This document shows positions 1-10,079 of a DNA stretch of 64,000 nucleotides, in pieces. Under the pieces are notes generated by a model. The model ran no database searches, was not told the origin of the DNA, and worked only from the letters and a program-made list of their open reading frames with translations. A program made the position numbers and the translations under genes. The number at the start of each line of letters is the position of its first letter. Within the stretch, counting starts at the first letter, position 1. The stretch is from Gammaproteobacteria bacterium (GTDB lineage Bacteria; Pseudomonadota; Gammaproteobacteria; Eutrophobiales; Eutrophobiaceae): contig OZ220696.1 of assembly GCA_965116495.1 (NCBI GenBank), positions 1,536,001-1,600,000 on the forward strand, in the 5' to 3' direction.

Positions 1-8
1 ACTCTACG

Positions 9-31
9 GGGACGGATTTGAAATCCGTCCC
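9..31. repeat. REP-like palindrome / possible terminator downstream of the MFS gene
   Basis: GGGACGGATTT-G-AAATCCGTCCC, an 11-bp inverted repeat 2 bp past the MFS stop codon. Confidence 0.6.
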
Positions 32-33
32 AT

Positions 34-1185
34 TTAACCGGCAAGCCGGGGCATGGTATCCGCCGGTTTGACAAGGATGAACGCCAGCGCGGCCAGCAGG
101 CACAAGGCACAGGAAAACCAGCCGATGGCTGCGTAAGAGAACCAGGTTGCAATATAACCGCCGCAGGCGGGTCCGATTGCAAAGGTAAGCGATATGGCGC
201 CGGCGGCCAGGGTGGCAGCGCGGCCACTCGGGTCCATGGCCGCGCCGGTGCCGATCATCAGGGGTAACAGGAACATATACGTCACCCAGTAAAGGTTGAC
301 GCCGGTGATATAGCTGGTGCTGTCCGTAGCGCCCCCCAAAATCATATACCCCAGGCCCGCCAGGGCCAGGGCGAGTATTACGGGCCGCCTGCGGCCCCAC
401 CTGTCACCCAGCCACCCGGCAAACAGCGAGCCTATCACACCGCTGACAGCGCCGGTTGCGATGATAAAGCCCGCTTCCTCGACGGAAAAACCCGCCTGCA
501 GACCGAAGCGATAGGAAAAGCTCCAGATGGCGCCGGAACCGATATTGAAAAAGCCAATGCATAACAACAGGCCGGCCAGGGATTGCAGCGGCAAATCCGC
601 TGTCTTGCCCGCCTCCGCTGCCTGCGCTTGCCCCTGCCCCAGCCATCTCATTACGGGAATCAGCATGATGACCAGCACACCCAGGGCAATATACGCGCCT
701 TTATAGCCGGTGGCCGTAACCACCATGGCAAAACAGGGCAGGAGGACGACAATCGCCAGCAAACCGGCGGTAACCCCGTAACCCAGCACCCGGTCAGGGT
801 TCGCGGTTGCCGCAGCGGCCATGGCTGCAGCCGCGTAGGCCAACCCGAGTCCGGCGCCGGCGATGACCCTCAAACCAACCAGCGGGTATAAACCGTCCAC
901 GGCCGCGCTGAGAAACTGCGCCGCCACCGCGAGCAGGCAACCGAATACAGCCAGTTTCCTGTTGGATACTTTTCCGGCCAGCGGAGCAGCGGCCAGGGCC
1001 GCAATAGCCACGGCAAGCAATTCAACCGTTCCCAATACCCCGACTTCCGCTTCGGTAATTGCCAGGCCATCGATCAGGGCGCTGATAATAACCGGTATGG
1101 AATTGGCGCTCAACACGCCCAGGAACATGCCGAAGCTGATGGCGAGCAGGAGTCTTATCGGGATACGCTGATTGGCTGCCGTCAT
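34..1185 (-). CDS. MFS transporter
   Basis: 383 aa, about 12 hydrophobic segments, MFS loop motif GWLGDRWGRR. Confidence 0.9.
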   Translation of the reverse strand: MTAANQRIPIRLLLAISFGMFLGVLSANSIPVIISALIDGLAITEAEVGVLGTVELLAVAIAALAAAPLAGKVSNRKLAVFGCLLAVAAQFLSAAVDGLYPLVGLRVIAGAGLGLAYAAAAMAAAATANPDRVLGYGVTAGLLAIVVLLPCFAMVVTATGYKGAYIALGVLVIMLIPVMRWLGQGQAQAAEAGKTADLPLQSLAGLLLCIGFFNIGSGAIWSFSYRFGLQAGFSVEEAGFIIATGAVSGVIGSLFAGWLGDRWGRRRPVILALALAGLGYMILGGATDSTSYITGVNLYWVTYMFLLPLMIGTGAAMDPSGRAATLAAGAISLTFAIGPACGGYIATWFSYAAIGWFSCALCLLAALAFILVKPADTMPRLAG

Positions 1186-1236
1186 GGTAAGGACCGGACT
1201 AATGATGTTCCTTGCTGATTGCCTTGGAGTTTGGGG

Positions 1237-1278
1237 TGATATTTGGGGTCAGAGCATTTAGTCTGACCCCAAATATCA
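1237..1278. repeat. GGGGTCAGA-type palindromic element
   Basis: 17-bp stem TGATATTTGGGGTCAGA / TCTGACCCCAAATATCA with 8-nt loop; its right arm supplies the TGA of the methyltransferase gene. Confidence 0.85.
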
Positions 1279-2322
1279 ATCAGTGAAAAGCGTTTCGTGG
1301 TGCTCCCTGAGAAACCTGGTGCGGTAATCCTTGACCACATCCTCAGCCCCCAGGACCGCATGCTTTGCAATATCCGGCGAGTACCGGCTTGCCGGGACTT
1401 CCTTACCAATCGCTTCGGCCATGGCCCGGACATGGTGCGGGGCGCCGCCGCAACAGACGCCGATATAGCGCACACCCAGGTCTCTGGCGGCCAGGGCAAA
1501 CTCCGCCATCTCAGAACGGGTCAACACGAACGGGTCCAGTTCTGCCGGGAATCCCGCTTCCCTGCCCTCCTGTTTCAGGTCGATAAAAGTCAGGTGATCC
1601 GTATCAGTCCGGTAGGCAACAGGTAGCGCCGCAACGGGACACTGGACGCTTTCGACGACCTTGGCCAATACCGGCAGCAAGGTGGCCGGTCCCCGTCCGC
1701 AATTCAATCCCACCACGTCGGCGCCTTTATCACTCAAGATCCGGCAGGCATCGTCAAAGGCATAGCCGTCCGCCGTCGTGGGTGTCACGGCCGTAAAGGT
1801 AATCACGGCAGGCAGGTTGTAACTATTGATCACGTCGAGTGCAATGTCTGCTTCCGCAAACCAGTCGAAGGTTTCCGCCACGACGTAATCGACACCCTCA
1901 TCCACCGCCCAGGAGAGTTGCTCCTCGTACATGGCGCGTACCTGCTTGCCGGTCTCCAGCGGGTTGCCGGGATCATAGACCCAGGTATTGCAGATATTCG
2001 CGGCGACCAGCTTGCCCGACTCGCGGGCCACCTCCCCGGCCAACCTGACGGCCTGGCGGTTCAACCTTTCGGCATCGAGTTCACGTCCCACTACTTTCAT
2101 CTTGTCCCGGTGTGCATAGTACGTCAGCGCCAGCACCACGTCCGAACCTGCGCGCACGAATTCCCGGTGCAATTCCTTGACTGCCTCGGGAAAATCGAGC
2201 ACCACCTCAGGTACATATGGGCCTGATTTTACATAGCCCCGCCGTTCCAGTTCGAACACATAGCCTTCGGCGCAGATGAGGATGTCATCTTGCAGTTTTT
2301 CGAGAAGAGTATTTGTATCCAT
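1276..2322 (-). CDS. Betaine-homocysteine S-methyltransferase-like protein (homocysteine S-methyltransferase family)
   Basis: EGYVFELERRGYVKSGPYVPE..HREFVRAGSD resembles BHMT; Zn ligands GLNC and GVCCGG; ATG at 2322 preferred over TTG at 2346. Confidence 0.85.
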   Translation of the reverse strand: MDTNTLLEKLQDDILICAEGYVFELERRGYVKSGPYVPEVVLDFPEAVKELHREFVRAGSDVVLALTYYAHRDKMKVVGRELDAERLNRQAVRLAGEVARESGKLVAANICNTWVYDPGNPLETGKQVRAMYEEQLSWAVDEGVDYVVAETFDWFAEADIALDVINSYNLPAVITFTAVTPTTADGYAFDDACRILSDKGADVVGLNCGRGPATLLPVLAKVVESVQCPVAALPVAYRTDTDHLTFIDLKQEGREAGFPAELDPFVLTRSEMAEFALAARDLGVRYIGVCCGGAPHHVRAMAEAIGKEVPASRYSPDIAKHAVLGAEDVVKDYRTRFLREHHETLFTD

Positions 2323-2372
2323 TGTTTCCAACCTTTTAAAAGTCAAAATTGTAAAATCAATGTAACATTGAT

Positions 2373-2439
2373 GGGGTCAGAGTAAAATCTTAAGGAACAT
2401 TGCCGATGGCAGGATTCGGGGTGATTTTACTCTGACCCC
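2373..2439. repeat. 67-bp GGGGTCAGAGTAAAATC inverted-repeat element, copy 1
   Basis: GGGGTCAGAGTAAAATC-33 bp-GATTTTACTCTGACCCC. Confidence 0.9.
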
Positions 2440-2466
2440 TGAATTTGATTGAGAGCTTATCACGTT

Positions 2467-3546
2467 ATGCAGGAAATCCGGGTCAATACTGATAAGAGCT
2501 ATTCTTCTTCGGCCAGAACCGCATTAAGCGGGGACGACAAGTCACTGGTCAAGACTTTTGAGCATATCCGTTCGGGACAGGATTTACCCGAAATCGTGCG
2601 CGTGGAAGATCACGATAACCTGATTTGCAGCAGACGGATTACGCTTGCGCCGGAGGAAGGATCCGGTTACTGGGAATTCATCCATCTCTCGCCCGATCTC
2701 TACCTCATCGCATCGGACTTCCAGTACCGGGAGACCCGAGTGGAAACCGTCAAGGGAGAAGGATTGCTTGACCTTCATTTCAAGGTCTCCGGCGAACTGT
2801 TGCTGGAACTCGATCCTGAAAATAAATTGAGTGTACGCGGCCCGTCATTACTCATCTGGAACCAACCAACAGATATAACATGCAAGGAATGGATCGTGGG
2901 CGGCGCACATGAATCCTCATTCACTCTCTATTGCAGGCCTGGGTTATTTTTGAACCAGCTCGGAATGGACAGGAACAGGTTGCCGGGGATCATCAATTCG
3001 TTCCTGGATGGGAAAAACAAGACGACTGAATATGAAATTATCAATCTCAACCCGGCAATGGCATTTTCCATCACGAGTTTTCTGCGCTCCGGTTTTACCA
3101 GCAAGTTTCATTTGTTGCACGCCAAGTCGAAAGCCTATCAGCTGTTATGCGATACGCTGCAGTTTCTCTGCACGGCAGACATCGATGATGATAAAAATAT
3201 CAAGTCGCTCTCTTCTTATGAAAATATGCGTCTGCAGGAGGCGCGGGACATAATGTCCACTCAATTCAACCCGCCGCCCACAATCAGGGAACTTGCCAGG
3301 ACGGTCGGGCTGAACGAGACCAAACTCAAACGCGGCTTCAAACAGTTGTTCGGCGCCACGATTCACGATTACGGAAATTATCACCGCATGCAGAAAGCGC
3401 TGGAACTGCTGCAAACTACGGAAATGTCCATTACCGATGTGGGGCAGACAGTCGGCTACGAATACCAGACCAGTTTCACTGCGGCGGTAAAACATTTCTT
3501 CGGGGTGACGCCGAGACAACTAAGAAGCAGGGCGAAAAGGAATTAG
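2467..3546 (+). CDS. AraC family transcriptional regulator (PchR/FptX-like)
   Basis: C-terminal double HTH: PTIRELARTVGLNETKLKRGFKQLFG...SITDVGQTVGYEYQTSFTAAVKHFFGVTP. Confidence 0.9.
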   Translation: MQEIRVNTDKSYSSSARTALSGDDKSLVKTFEHIRSGQDLPEIVRVEDHDNLICSRRITLAPEEGSGYWEFIHLSPDLYLIASDFQYRETRVETVKGEGLLDLHFKVSGELLLELDPENKLSVRGPSLLIWNQPTDITCKEWIVGGAHESSFTLYCRPGLFLNQLGMDRNRLPGIINSFLDGKNKTTEYEIINLNPAMAFSITSFLRSGFTSKFHLLHAKSKAYQLLCDTLQFLCTADIDDDKNIKSLSSYENMRLQEARDIMSTQFNPPPTIRELARTVGLNETKLKRGFKQLFGATIHDYGNYHRMQKALELLQTTEMSITDVGQTVGYEYQTSFTAAVKHFFGVTPRQLRSRAKRN

Positions 3547-3561
3547 TCAGAAATCGCGCCC

Positions 3562-3713
3562 CGTTCGTCATTCCTGCGAATGCAGGAATCCAGTGGGCAA
3601 TAAAACTCCTCATAAGGAGTGTTTTTTCACTGGATTCCCGCTTGCGCGGGAATGACGGACGAGAAGGAATGTTTTTTCACTGGATTCCCGCCTGCGCGGG
3701 AATGACGAACGAG
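3562..3713. repeat. Cluster of three CGTC-tagged REP/dRS3-like units
   Basis: CGTCATTCCTGCGAATGCAGGAATCCAG followed by two inverted copies CTGGATTCCCGC(T/C)TGCGCGGGAATGACG in 50-bp tandem. Confidence 0.9.
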
Positions 3714-3733
3714 ATGGCTAATGACGAAATTCC

Positions 3734-3826
3734 GGGGTCAGAGTAAAATCACCATCAATCCTGCCATCGACCTCGATAATGGCGATTTTACTCTGACCCC
3801 ACCTATCTGGTTTTTAGTCTGACCCC
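3734..3826. repeat. 67-bp GGGGTCAGAGTAAAATC element, copy 2 (3734-3800, inverted relative to copy 1) plus an extra TCTGACCCC half-site at 3818-3826
   Basis: Same 17-bp arms and 33-bp spacer length; spacer core AATCCTGCCATCG is the reverse complement of CGATGGCAGGATT in copy 1. Confidence 0.9.
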
Positions 3827-5236
3827 ATTGATTTTGACAATGAGCTGGTGGGTGATCAAGCCCGCGATGAAGCTGGGGGCTGCTTCGAGGACATGCTGAC
3901 TCAGCCCGAACTGGCGCCAGAATAATGCCGTCAACAAGGCCGCTGCGAGTCCGACGAGCAGCGCAGATACCGAGGTGCGCCAGCGCATCAAGGTTATAAA
4001 AAAGGCCAGACCGACAGTTCCCCCCAATGCTGATGCCGTCATGACAATGACGTCGAATACATTGGTGCTGCCCCTGAGGAGAATAGCGGCTGTACCTACG
4101 GCACAGGAAACGAAAATTGTAACCATGGCCTGGTAGCGCAAGCCGAAGCGCCTGGTCATGCGCTGGTAAAACCCCGGAGATACATCCACGGCAAACGAAC
4201 TTGATACCACCAGTATCTGCCCGTCCAGCGTGGATGCTACCGATGCGAAGATCCCTGCCATGACCGCGCCACTGATTACAGGATGGAGGTAATCCTGAGA
4301 AAACACCGGCAATGCCTGCTCCGGATCTCCAATCTCCGGCAATAACACGTTCATCAGCAAACCGAAAAGGCTCATACTCCACCAGGTCGCCTGCATGAAG
4401 CCCATATAAATCCAGCGGCTTTTTACCGCTTCTTCCGGACTTCTGGCAGCCATGATGCGCACGAGCAGGTTGGGGGTACCCATATTGAAAGTGAAAGCCG
4501 CGCCCGCAAATCCCGAGAAAAACAGCAGCGAGAGCCACCAGGACTGCCCGACCTTGAAAGACAGCAATTCCGGATGCGTCGATTGCAGCGTTTCAAGCAA
4601 CTGCGCAGGACCGCCGCCAAACCAGGTGGCTACTGAGAGCATGCCTATCGTAGTCATAAGCATCACCAGCGCCTGAAAGAACTGTGTAGGTATCGACGAC
4701 TCGAGGCCACCCTTCGCCGAATAGGCCAGTATTACCACCCCGGATATGATTATCGCGGCCGGCGTGGAAACGTCAAAAACGACGCTGACGGCTTTCCCCA
4801 CTGCCAGGTACTGGCCCACTGCATAGCCGCCAACGAGTACGATAATGGCAACGGCCAGGTATTTCCTGATTACGGAATCCCGACGTTCGGTGGCACTCTC
4901 GCTGATAAATTCAGGGACAGTGTTACAGTTATGGTCACGGGAGCGCCGGTTAATACGACCGGGGAATAAATTCCAGAACATCAGGTCGCCAAAAAACCAG
5001 CCCAGGGGCATCATAAGCGCGAGCACGCCCATGGTATACCCGGCGCCGACCGCCCCGATCATGATAAAACCGCTTACTGCCGAAGACGCGGCGCTCAAGG
5101 CAACCATGAACCTGCCGTGCGTGCGGCCGGCCATCAGGTAATCCTCGACGCTGTGTTTCCGTTTGCGCCTGGCGGAGATATTGCCCACCGCCACCATGAG
5201 CATGATAAAGAAGCAGAAACTTAGCGCTATAGCCAT
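3803..5236 (-). CDS. Sodium:solute (proline-type) symporter, SSS family
   Basis: 477 aa polytopic; DYLMAGR..ALSAASSAVSG; ASVASTLDGQILVVSS. Confidence 0.88.
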   Translation of the reverse strand: MAIALSFCFFIMLMVAVGNISARRKRKHSVEDYLMAGRTHGRFMVALSAASSAVSGFIMIGAVGAGYTMGVLALMMPLGWFFGDLMFWNLFPGRINRRSRDHNCNTVPEFISESATERRDSVIRKYLAVAIIVLVGGYAVGQYLAVGKAVSVVFDVSTPAAIIISGVVILAYSAKGGLESSIPTQFFQALVMLMTTIGMLSVATWFGGGPAQLLETLQSTHPELLSFKVGQSWWLSLLFFSGFAGAAFTFNMGTPNLLVRIMAARSPEEAVKSRWIYMGFMQATWWSMSLFGLLMNVLLPEIGDPEQALPVFSQDYLHPVISGAVMAGIFASVASTLDGQILVVSSSFAVDVSPGFYQRMTRRFGLRYQAMVTIFVSCAVGTAAILLRGSTNVFDVIVMTASALGGTVGLAFFITLMRWRTSVSALLVGLAAALLTALFWRQFGLSQHVLEAAPSFIAGLITHQLIVKINGVRLKTR

Positions 5237-5274
5237 TCTGATTTAACTCAATAATGGCGCCAATATTCCATCTC

Positions 5275-5330
5275 CGTCCGTCATTCCTGCGGAGGTTGCC
5301 TGATTCCTGCGTCCACAGAAATGGCGAACG
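5275..5330. repeat. Degenerate CGTC-type REP unit
   Basis: CGTCATTCCTGCGG...GATTCCTGCGTCCACAGAAATGGCG between the hydrolase and symporter genes. Confidence 0.5.
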
Positions 5331-5366
5331 GAGGGGAAGAACGGAAAAGTGTGCTGACCCTGCATA

Positions 5367-7502
5367 CTACGCAAGGTCCCTGGGTATACTGTCCTTCCAT
5401 TCCTTCGAAAAAATGACGCTGTTCTGTTCGTACGCTACAAGGTCGGTGGTTATATGGAAATCCGTCTTGTCTGAGGTCAGGTCAAAATTGGAAATCGTTT
5501 TAATATCCCAGTCTCCTCTTTTGAACTCTATGGAGAAGTAACCACCCCATGCGGAACTGTTCGGATCAGCTCTTTCTATTTCGGAAGTCCAGTCATACCG
5601 TATCCTGAACTCGGTGCCGATAGCGTTTATGCGTAAGCCACCTGTATCACTGACAGTACGAATATGGACCACCCCGTTATCGTCCGGTCCGTTCACTTCA
5701 TGTGAATAATTTCCCGGAACCGTCGGCGTAATGACACTTCGATCATAAAGAGCCGGGTCGGTAAAAGTCAGGTTTTCCAGGTCCGGCGGCCCCACTGGTC
5801 TTTCGGGCAGGAGTAACCGGCTAAGTCCGGTATGAAGTGTTAATTCAACAGCTTCCGGAGAAGGCCAGATCTGCGGCCAGTAGCTTTCCGAAATGGACAC
5901 CCTGATTTTATGACCCTGCTTAAAACGATGAGCGATAACATTCAACGGTACTTCAATTTCATAAACCTGCCCCGGCACCAGCGCTTGCGGCTCTGCATGT
6001 CCATGTCTATGGGTTAAATTCAGGTAACCGGCAGTGACATACCAGGATGAACCATCAGGCTGAATTTCATTCAGGCGCACTGATACCTTTGCAACAGGCT
6101 TGTTGACAGAAAACACAAGTTTGGCCACAGGATGACCGCAGATTTCAATGTCCTGCGTCAGCGCCCCGGAATCAAATGTCAGTGACTTTTCATCATCTTC
6201 AGACTGGTCCCGCGGCAATTCCGTTTCCATGGCAAAGGGAAGCCAGGCGGCATTTTTGAGTCCGACCGTCTGATCCGGTTCCAGGGTTATGACTTGTTCT
6301 TCATCCGGCTCATGCGCCAGACCCGTCCAGTTCAAGAACCAGGTCGTATCCTTTATTCGTTCAGAGGGCCATGTCCGTTCTCCTACCCAACGACCGGGAA
6401 GAGGCTCCGGCCAAACCTGTCCGGGTACCTTTTCCTGTATATATACCTGTAACATGGGTTCTTCCATAATGCCTGTATCAATGCCCTTTAACCAATGATC
6501 CCACCAGCGTACTTCCTCATGGAAGAAGCCAATTGCCGGTCCCGGATCCGCTTCATCAGGCACATTATGGCCGTGTGGTCCGATCAATCCTTTCCTGGGC
6601 GCGTCAAGATTTTCCAGAAGGCGTGGTACTGCATTTGTATAGCCATCGACAAAACCACCAACGGCATAAACTGCGCATTTGATCAGACTGTAGTCCTCAT
6701 TCACCGAACCATGTTGCCAATAACCGTCTCTGCGCTGGTGTTTCATCCAGTTGTGACTTACCGGGCCCACCGCTTCAAGCCGTTTCATCCACTCCTTGCG
6801 CCAACCTGGCCCAAATGTCTCCGGGTCAGGCGGCAGAGACAGGACATTCATAAACAATTGCCCCCATTCCCAGTTCACCCGGCCCAGTGACCCGCCAATA
6901 TAATGCGCATCATCGGTGTAGCGGTCATCAGTACTGCCGTGGGTGACTATCGCCTTGAGTTCCGGTGGATTGAGTGCGGCAATTTGCAGTGAATTAAATC
7001 CTCCCCATGAAATACCGCGCATGCCGACGTTCCCCGTACACCACGGTTGTTGCGCCAGCCATTTCAGCACGTCGAGTCCATCGAGCTGTTCCTGTTTCTC
7101 ATACTCATCCTTCATGATGCCATCGGAATCACCCGTTCCCCGAATATCCACCCTCACTCCTGCGTAGCCGCGTGCTGCGGCGTAGACATGCGCGGGTTCT
7201 GACTTGTTACGATCCATGTCGCGCTTGCGATAGGGAAGATATTCCAGGACCGCCGGCACCGGGGATGCTTCGGCATTGGTCGGCAACCAGATCCTGGCTG
7301 CCAGACGCCTGCCGTCCGGCAGCGGTATCCAGGTGTGCTCGATGTTGCGTATTGCCAGCTTTTCCCTGAGCCTGGCGGCGCGCTTTTTGTCGGACGGTGT
7401 GGATTGGCCACAGGCGCCCAGCACAGTGAGCGAAGCCAGGGCCAGCGCTGATTTCAATAGAACTCGTCTTGATTGATTATGATTAATGTACGAATGCTTC
7501 AT
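5367..7502 (-). CDS. CocE/NonD (S15) hydrolase, Tat-exported lipoprotein
   Basis: SRRVLLK twin-Arg motif plus lipobox LGAC; EYLPYRKRD; nucleophile GISWGG; PepX_C-like C-terminus. Confidence 0.9.
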   Translation of the reverse strand: MKHSYINHNQSRRVLLKSALALASLTVLGACGQSTPSDKKRAARLREKLAIRNIEHTWIPLPDGRRLAARIWLPTNAEASPVPAVLEYLPYRKRDMDRNKSEPAHVYAAARGYAGVRVDIRGTGDSDGIMKDEYEKQEQLDGLDVLKWLAQQPWCTGNVGMRGISWGGFNSLQIAALNPPELKAIVTHGSTDDRYTDDAHYIGGSLGRVNWEWGQLFMNVLSLPPDPETFGPGWRKEWMKRLEAVGPVSHNWMKHQRRDGYWQHGSVNEDYSLIKCAVYAVGGFVDGYTNAVPRLLENLDAPRKGLIGPHGHNVPDEADPGPAIGFFHEEVRWWDHWLKGIDTGIMEEPMLQVYIQEKVPGQVWPEPLPGRWVGERTWPSERIKDTTWFLNWTGLAHEPDEEQVITLEPDQTVGLKNAAWLPFAMETELPRDQSEDDEKSLTFDSGALTQDIEICGHPVAKLVFSVNKPVAKVSVRLNEIQPDGSSWYVTAGYLNLTHRHGHAEPQALVPGQVYEIEVPLNVIAHRFKQGHKIRVSISESYWPQIWPSPEAVELTLHTGLSRLLLPERPVGPPDLENLTFTDPALYDRSVITPTVPGNYSHEVNGPDDNGVVHIRTVSDTGGLRINAIGTEFRIRYDWTSEIERADPNSSAWGGYFSIEFKRGDWDIKTISNFDLTSDKTDFHITTDLVAYEQNSVIFSKEWKDSIPRDLA

Positions 7503-7754
7503 GGTATTCCCGGCTTACATTTCCAGACCTTAGCTGTTGCGGTGCGCCCGGATCAAGAGCCATCACCGCGAGAGGAATATCCTACTCTACAGGATAAAAA
7601 AAACTATCAAAAATTCCATTAAACTAAAAACTAGACCGGTATTGCTAAATCTAAATCCATCGGACTTACATAATTAACGGGTTTGAAATGTTTAACGGTC
7701 ATTTTGCGGGGACCAGTACTCTTTCAACCTGAAATTGAGCGGAGCTATATAATT

Positions 7755-10037
7755 ATGTCCAAATTGAAAAATGGCATGTCCCACATTGCGTTAGCCGGCG
7801 CTTCGCTGGCTTCGATAATTGCCTTTACAGCATTTCCATCACCTGGTTATGCGCAGATTGAAGAGATAGTAGTTACCGCAAACAGACGAGGTGATGCAAT
7901 GCTTCAGGACATTCCTCTGTCGGTTTCTGCTGTGTCTGCCGACGATATTATCAGTTCGGGCGTAGGCAGTATTGTTGATTTTGTCAAGGCCGTTCCGTCG
8001 GTCAATATCATTCAGAATGGACCAGGGCAGACTCAAACTACCATCCGCGGTATTGCCAATGGAAACTACCGGCCCTCTGAAACTGCAGACCGGCCTCTAA
8101 CCGCAATTTATCTGGATGATGTGCCTATTTCCATCCAGGGCGCAACTCCGGATTTAAAAGTTGTTGATCTTGAACGAGTTGAGATTCTGCGTGGTCCCCA
8201 GGGGACTCTGTTCGGTGCAGGCTCAATGGCAGGGACCATACGTTACATAACGAAGAAGCCGGACACTGATGAATTCAGTGGCCAAATTCAGGGAGTCTTG
8301 TCTGAAGTTGCTGCTTCGGATGACGTGGGTTGGAATGTATCCGGGTCAGTAAACGTTCCGATTACCGAAACACTGGCGTTCCTGGGATCCGTGTACCAGG
8401 GCGAAGATGCCGGATTTATCGACAATGTTGGAACCGGTGAGGACAATGCAAACAGTGTCGAAACTACCCAGGTGCGAGGCGCATTGAGATTTACCGGCAT
8501 TGAAGGGTTGACTTTGGATGCGAGTATCATTCATTCCAATGTAGAGGCTGATGGGAACACTAATGCTTATTTTGGCACAGGTACTCATGACAGGATAATT
8601 GAGACAATTACTCCCGAAAGCTATGACGATGATTTTCTTCTGGTAAATATCACGGCGGAGATAGATATTGCCGGGATGACTCTGGTGTCATCCACAGGCT
8701 ATACCGATCGCGAAATGGATCTTCGTCCTACGGGGACCTTTGAGAATCTTATAGGTGGCCTCCTCCCGCTTCGGGAAAACGATTCATTACTTTCCAATCG
8801 AATTGAAACCTTTACACAGGAAATCCGTTTGCTGTCTGCTCAAGAAAACAGGTTTACCTGGCAATTAGGAGCGTTCTATGAAGATACTGAACGTGTTTAT
8901 GACCAGAATAATATCGCTCCCGGAGTAGACGCGGTTACCGAACTTGACTCGATCCTGTTCTTCGGCGCTGACGCAGCTGATACTTTATTCTTTGGACAAC
9001 ATGACATCGACGAACAGCAACTGGCTTTTTTTGTTGACGTCAATTTCAGGTTTAACGATCAATGGAACATATCTGTTGGCACTCGTTATTTTGATTTTGA
9101 GCAGGAATTTGATCTCTTCTTCAGTGGTCTGGCTGGTTCGGAATATATCCCTAGTCCAAATCCACCACCCGTGTTTTTACCGTTAACAACCGCCGGGAAT
9201 CCCAAGGAAGATGGTTTTACCTCCCGGGTTAATCTCTCTTATGCGCCGAATGACGATGTGCTGTTGTTTGCCGAAGTCTCGGAAGGGTTCAGGTACGGCG
9301 CTGTGAACGAGCCTGTGGCAACGACATTCTGTGGTGGATTAAAAGGCCCCGTATCATTCGGATCAGATGAACTCACCAACTATGCCCTGGGCGCCAAAAG
9401 TCAGATGGCCGACCAAAGAGTTACGCTTAATGCAACGGTATTTTTTATTGACTGGACTGATGTACAGTCAGAGTTTGCATTGGATTGTGGCTATTACTAC
9501 CGCGTAAATGAGGGTACCGTGCACAGTGCAGGTGTCGAGCTGGAAACTGCGTTCCAGTTAACTGAAAACTGGATGGTAGGACTGAATTCCAGTTATACAA
9601 ACGCCGAAGCCCAGGATGACGTCTTTTCCCCGGGTGCATTCGGCCCTCCAGGAGTTGTGGCTCTGGATGGGCAAAAAGCACCGTTGTTTCCTGAGTGGAT
9701 TGTATCGTTTCACACAGAATACAGCGTACCTCTCGCCATTGCCGGAGGTGGGAGTTTGACCTTGAGAGGAGATATTCAGTATCGCGATGAATACGGTAAT
9801 ATATTTGCCACGGGGAATTCACTATATAGAGTGACTCCAAGTCAAACACTACTGAACGCTTCCGTGAATTACGTGTCAGATCGTTGGGAGGTTGGCCTGT
9901 TTGGCACCAATTTGACCGATAGCAAGAATGTTGCGATTATCACTGCCAATCCTGGAGGAGCCTTTCCAGGGTATGAAGACAGTCGTTTCCACGGTAGTCC
10001 CAGGACGATTGGTATACGAAGGAAGGTAAACTTCTGA
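7755..10037 (+). CDS. TonB-dependent outer membrane receptor
   Basis: Signal peptide, TonB box IEEIVVTA, plug motif DLERVEILRGPQGTLFGAGSMAG, C-terminal Phe; ATG at 7755 follows GGAG. Confidence 0.95.
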   Translation: MSKLKNGMSHIALAGASLASIIAFTAFPSPGYAQIEEIVVTANRRGDAMLQDIPLSVSAVSADDIISSGVGSIVDFVKAVPSVNIIQNGPGQTQTTIRGIANGNYRPSETADRPLTAIYLDDVPISIQGATPDLKVVDLERVEILRGPQGTLFGAGSMAGTIRYITKKPDTDEFSGQIQGVLSEVAASDDVGWNVSGSVNVPITETLAFLGSVYQGEDAGFIDNVGTGEDNANSVETTQVRGALRFTGIEGLTLDASIIHSNVEADGNTNAYFGTGTHDRIIETITPESYDDDFLLVNITAEIDIAGMTLVSSTGYTDREMDLRPTGTFENLIGGLLPLRENDSLLSNRIETFTQEIRLLSAQENRFTWQLGAFYEDTERVYDQNNIAPGVDAVTELDSILFFGADAADTLFFGQHDIDEQQLAFFVDVNFRFNDQWNISVGTRYFDFEQEFDLFFSGLAGSEYIPSPNPPPVFLPLTTAGNPKEDGFTSRVNLSYAPNDDVLLFAEVSEGFRYGAVNEPVATTFCGGLKGPVSFGSDELTNYALGAKSQMADQRVTLNATVFFIDWTDVQSEFALDCGYYYRVNEGTVHSAGVELETAFQLTENWMVGLNSSYTNAEAQDDVFSPGAFGPPGVVALDGQKAPLFPEWIVSFHTEYSVPLAIAGGGSLTLRGDIQYRDEYGNIFATGNSLYRVTPSQTLLNASVNYVSDRWEVGLFGTNLTDSKNVAIITANPGGAFPGYEDSRFHGSPRTIGIRRKVNF

Positions 10038-10079
10038 CAATATCGTAGCTATTGATAACCGGCACATTCTGCCGCACTT

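Noticed and set aside
3562-3713. Possible CRISPR array
   Set aside because: Only three units, one inverted, with short similar spacers and no cas genes; fits REP repeats.
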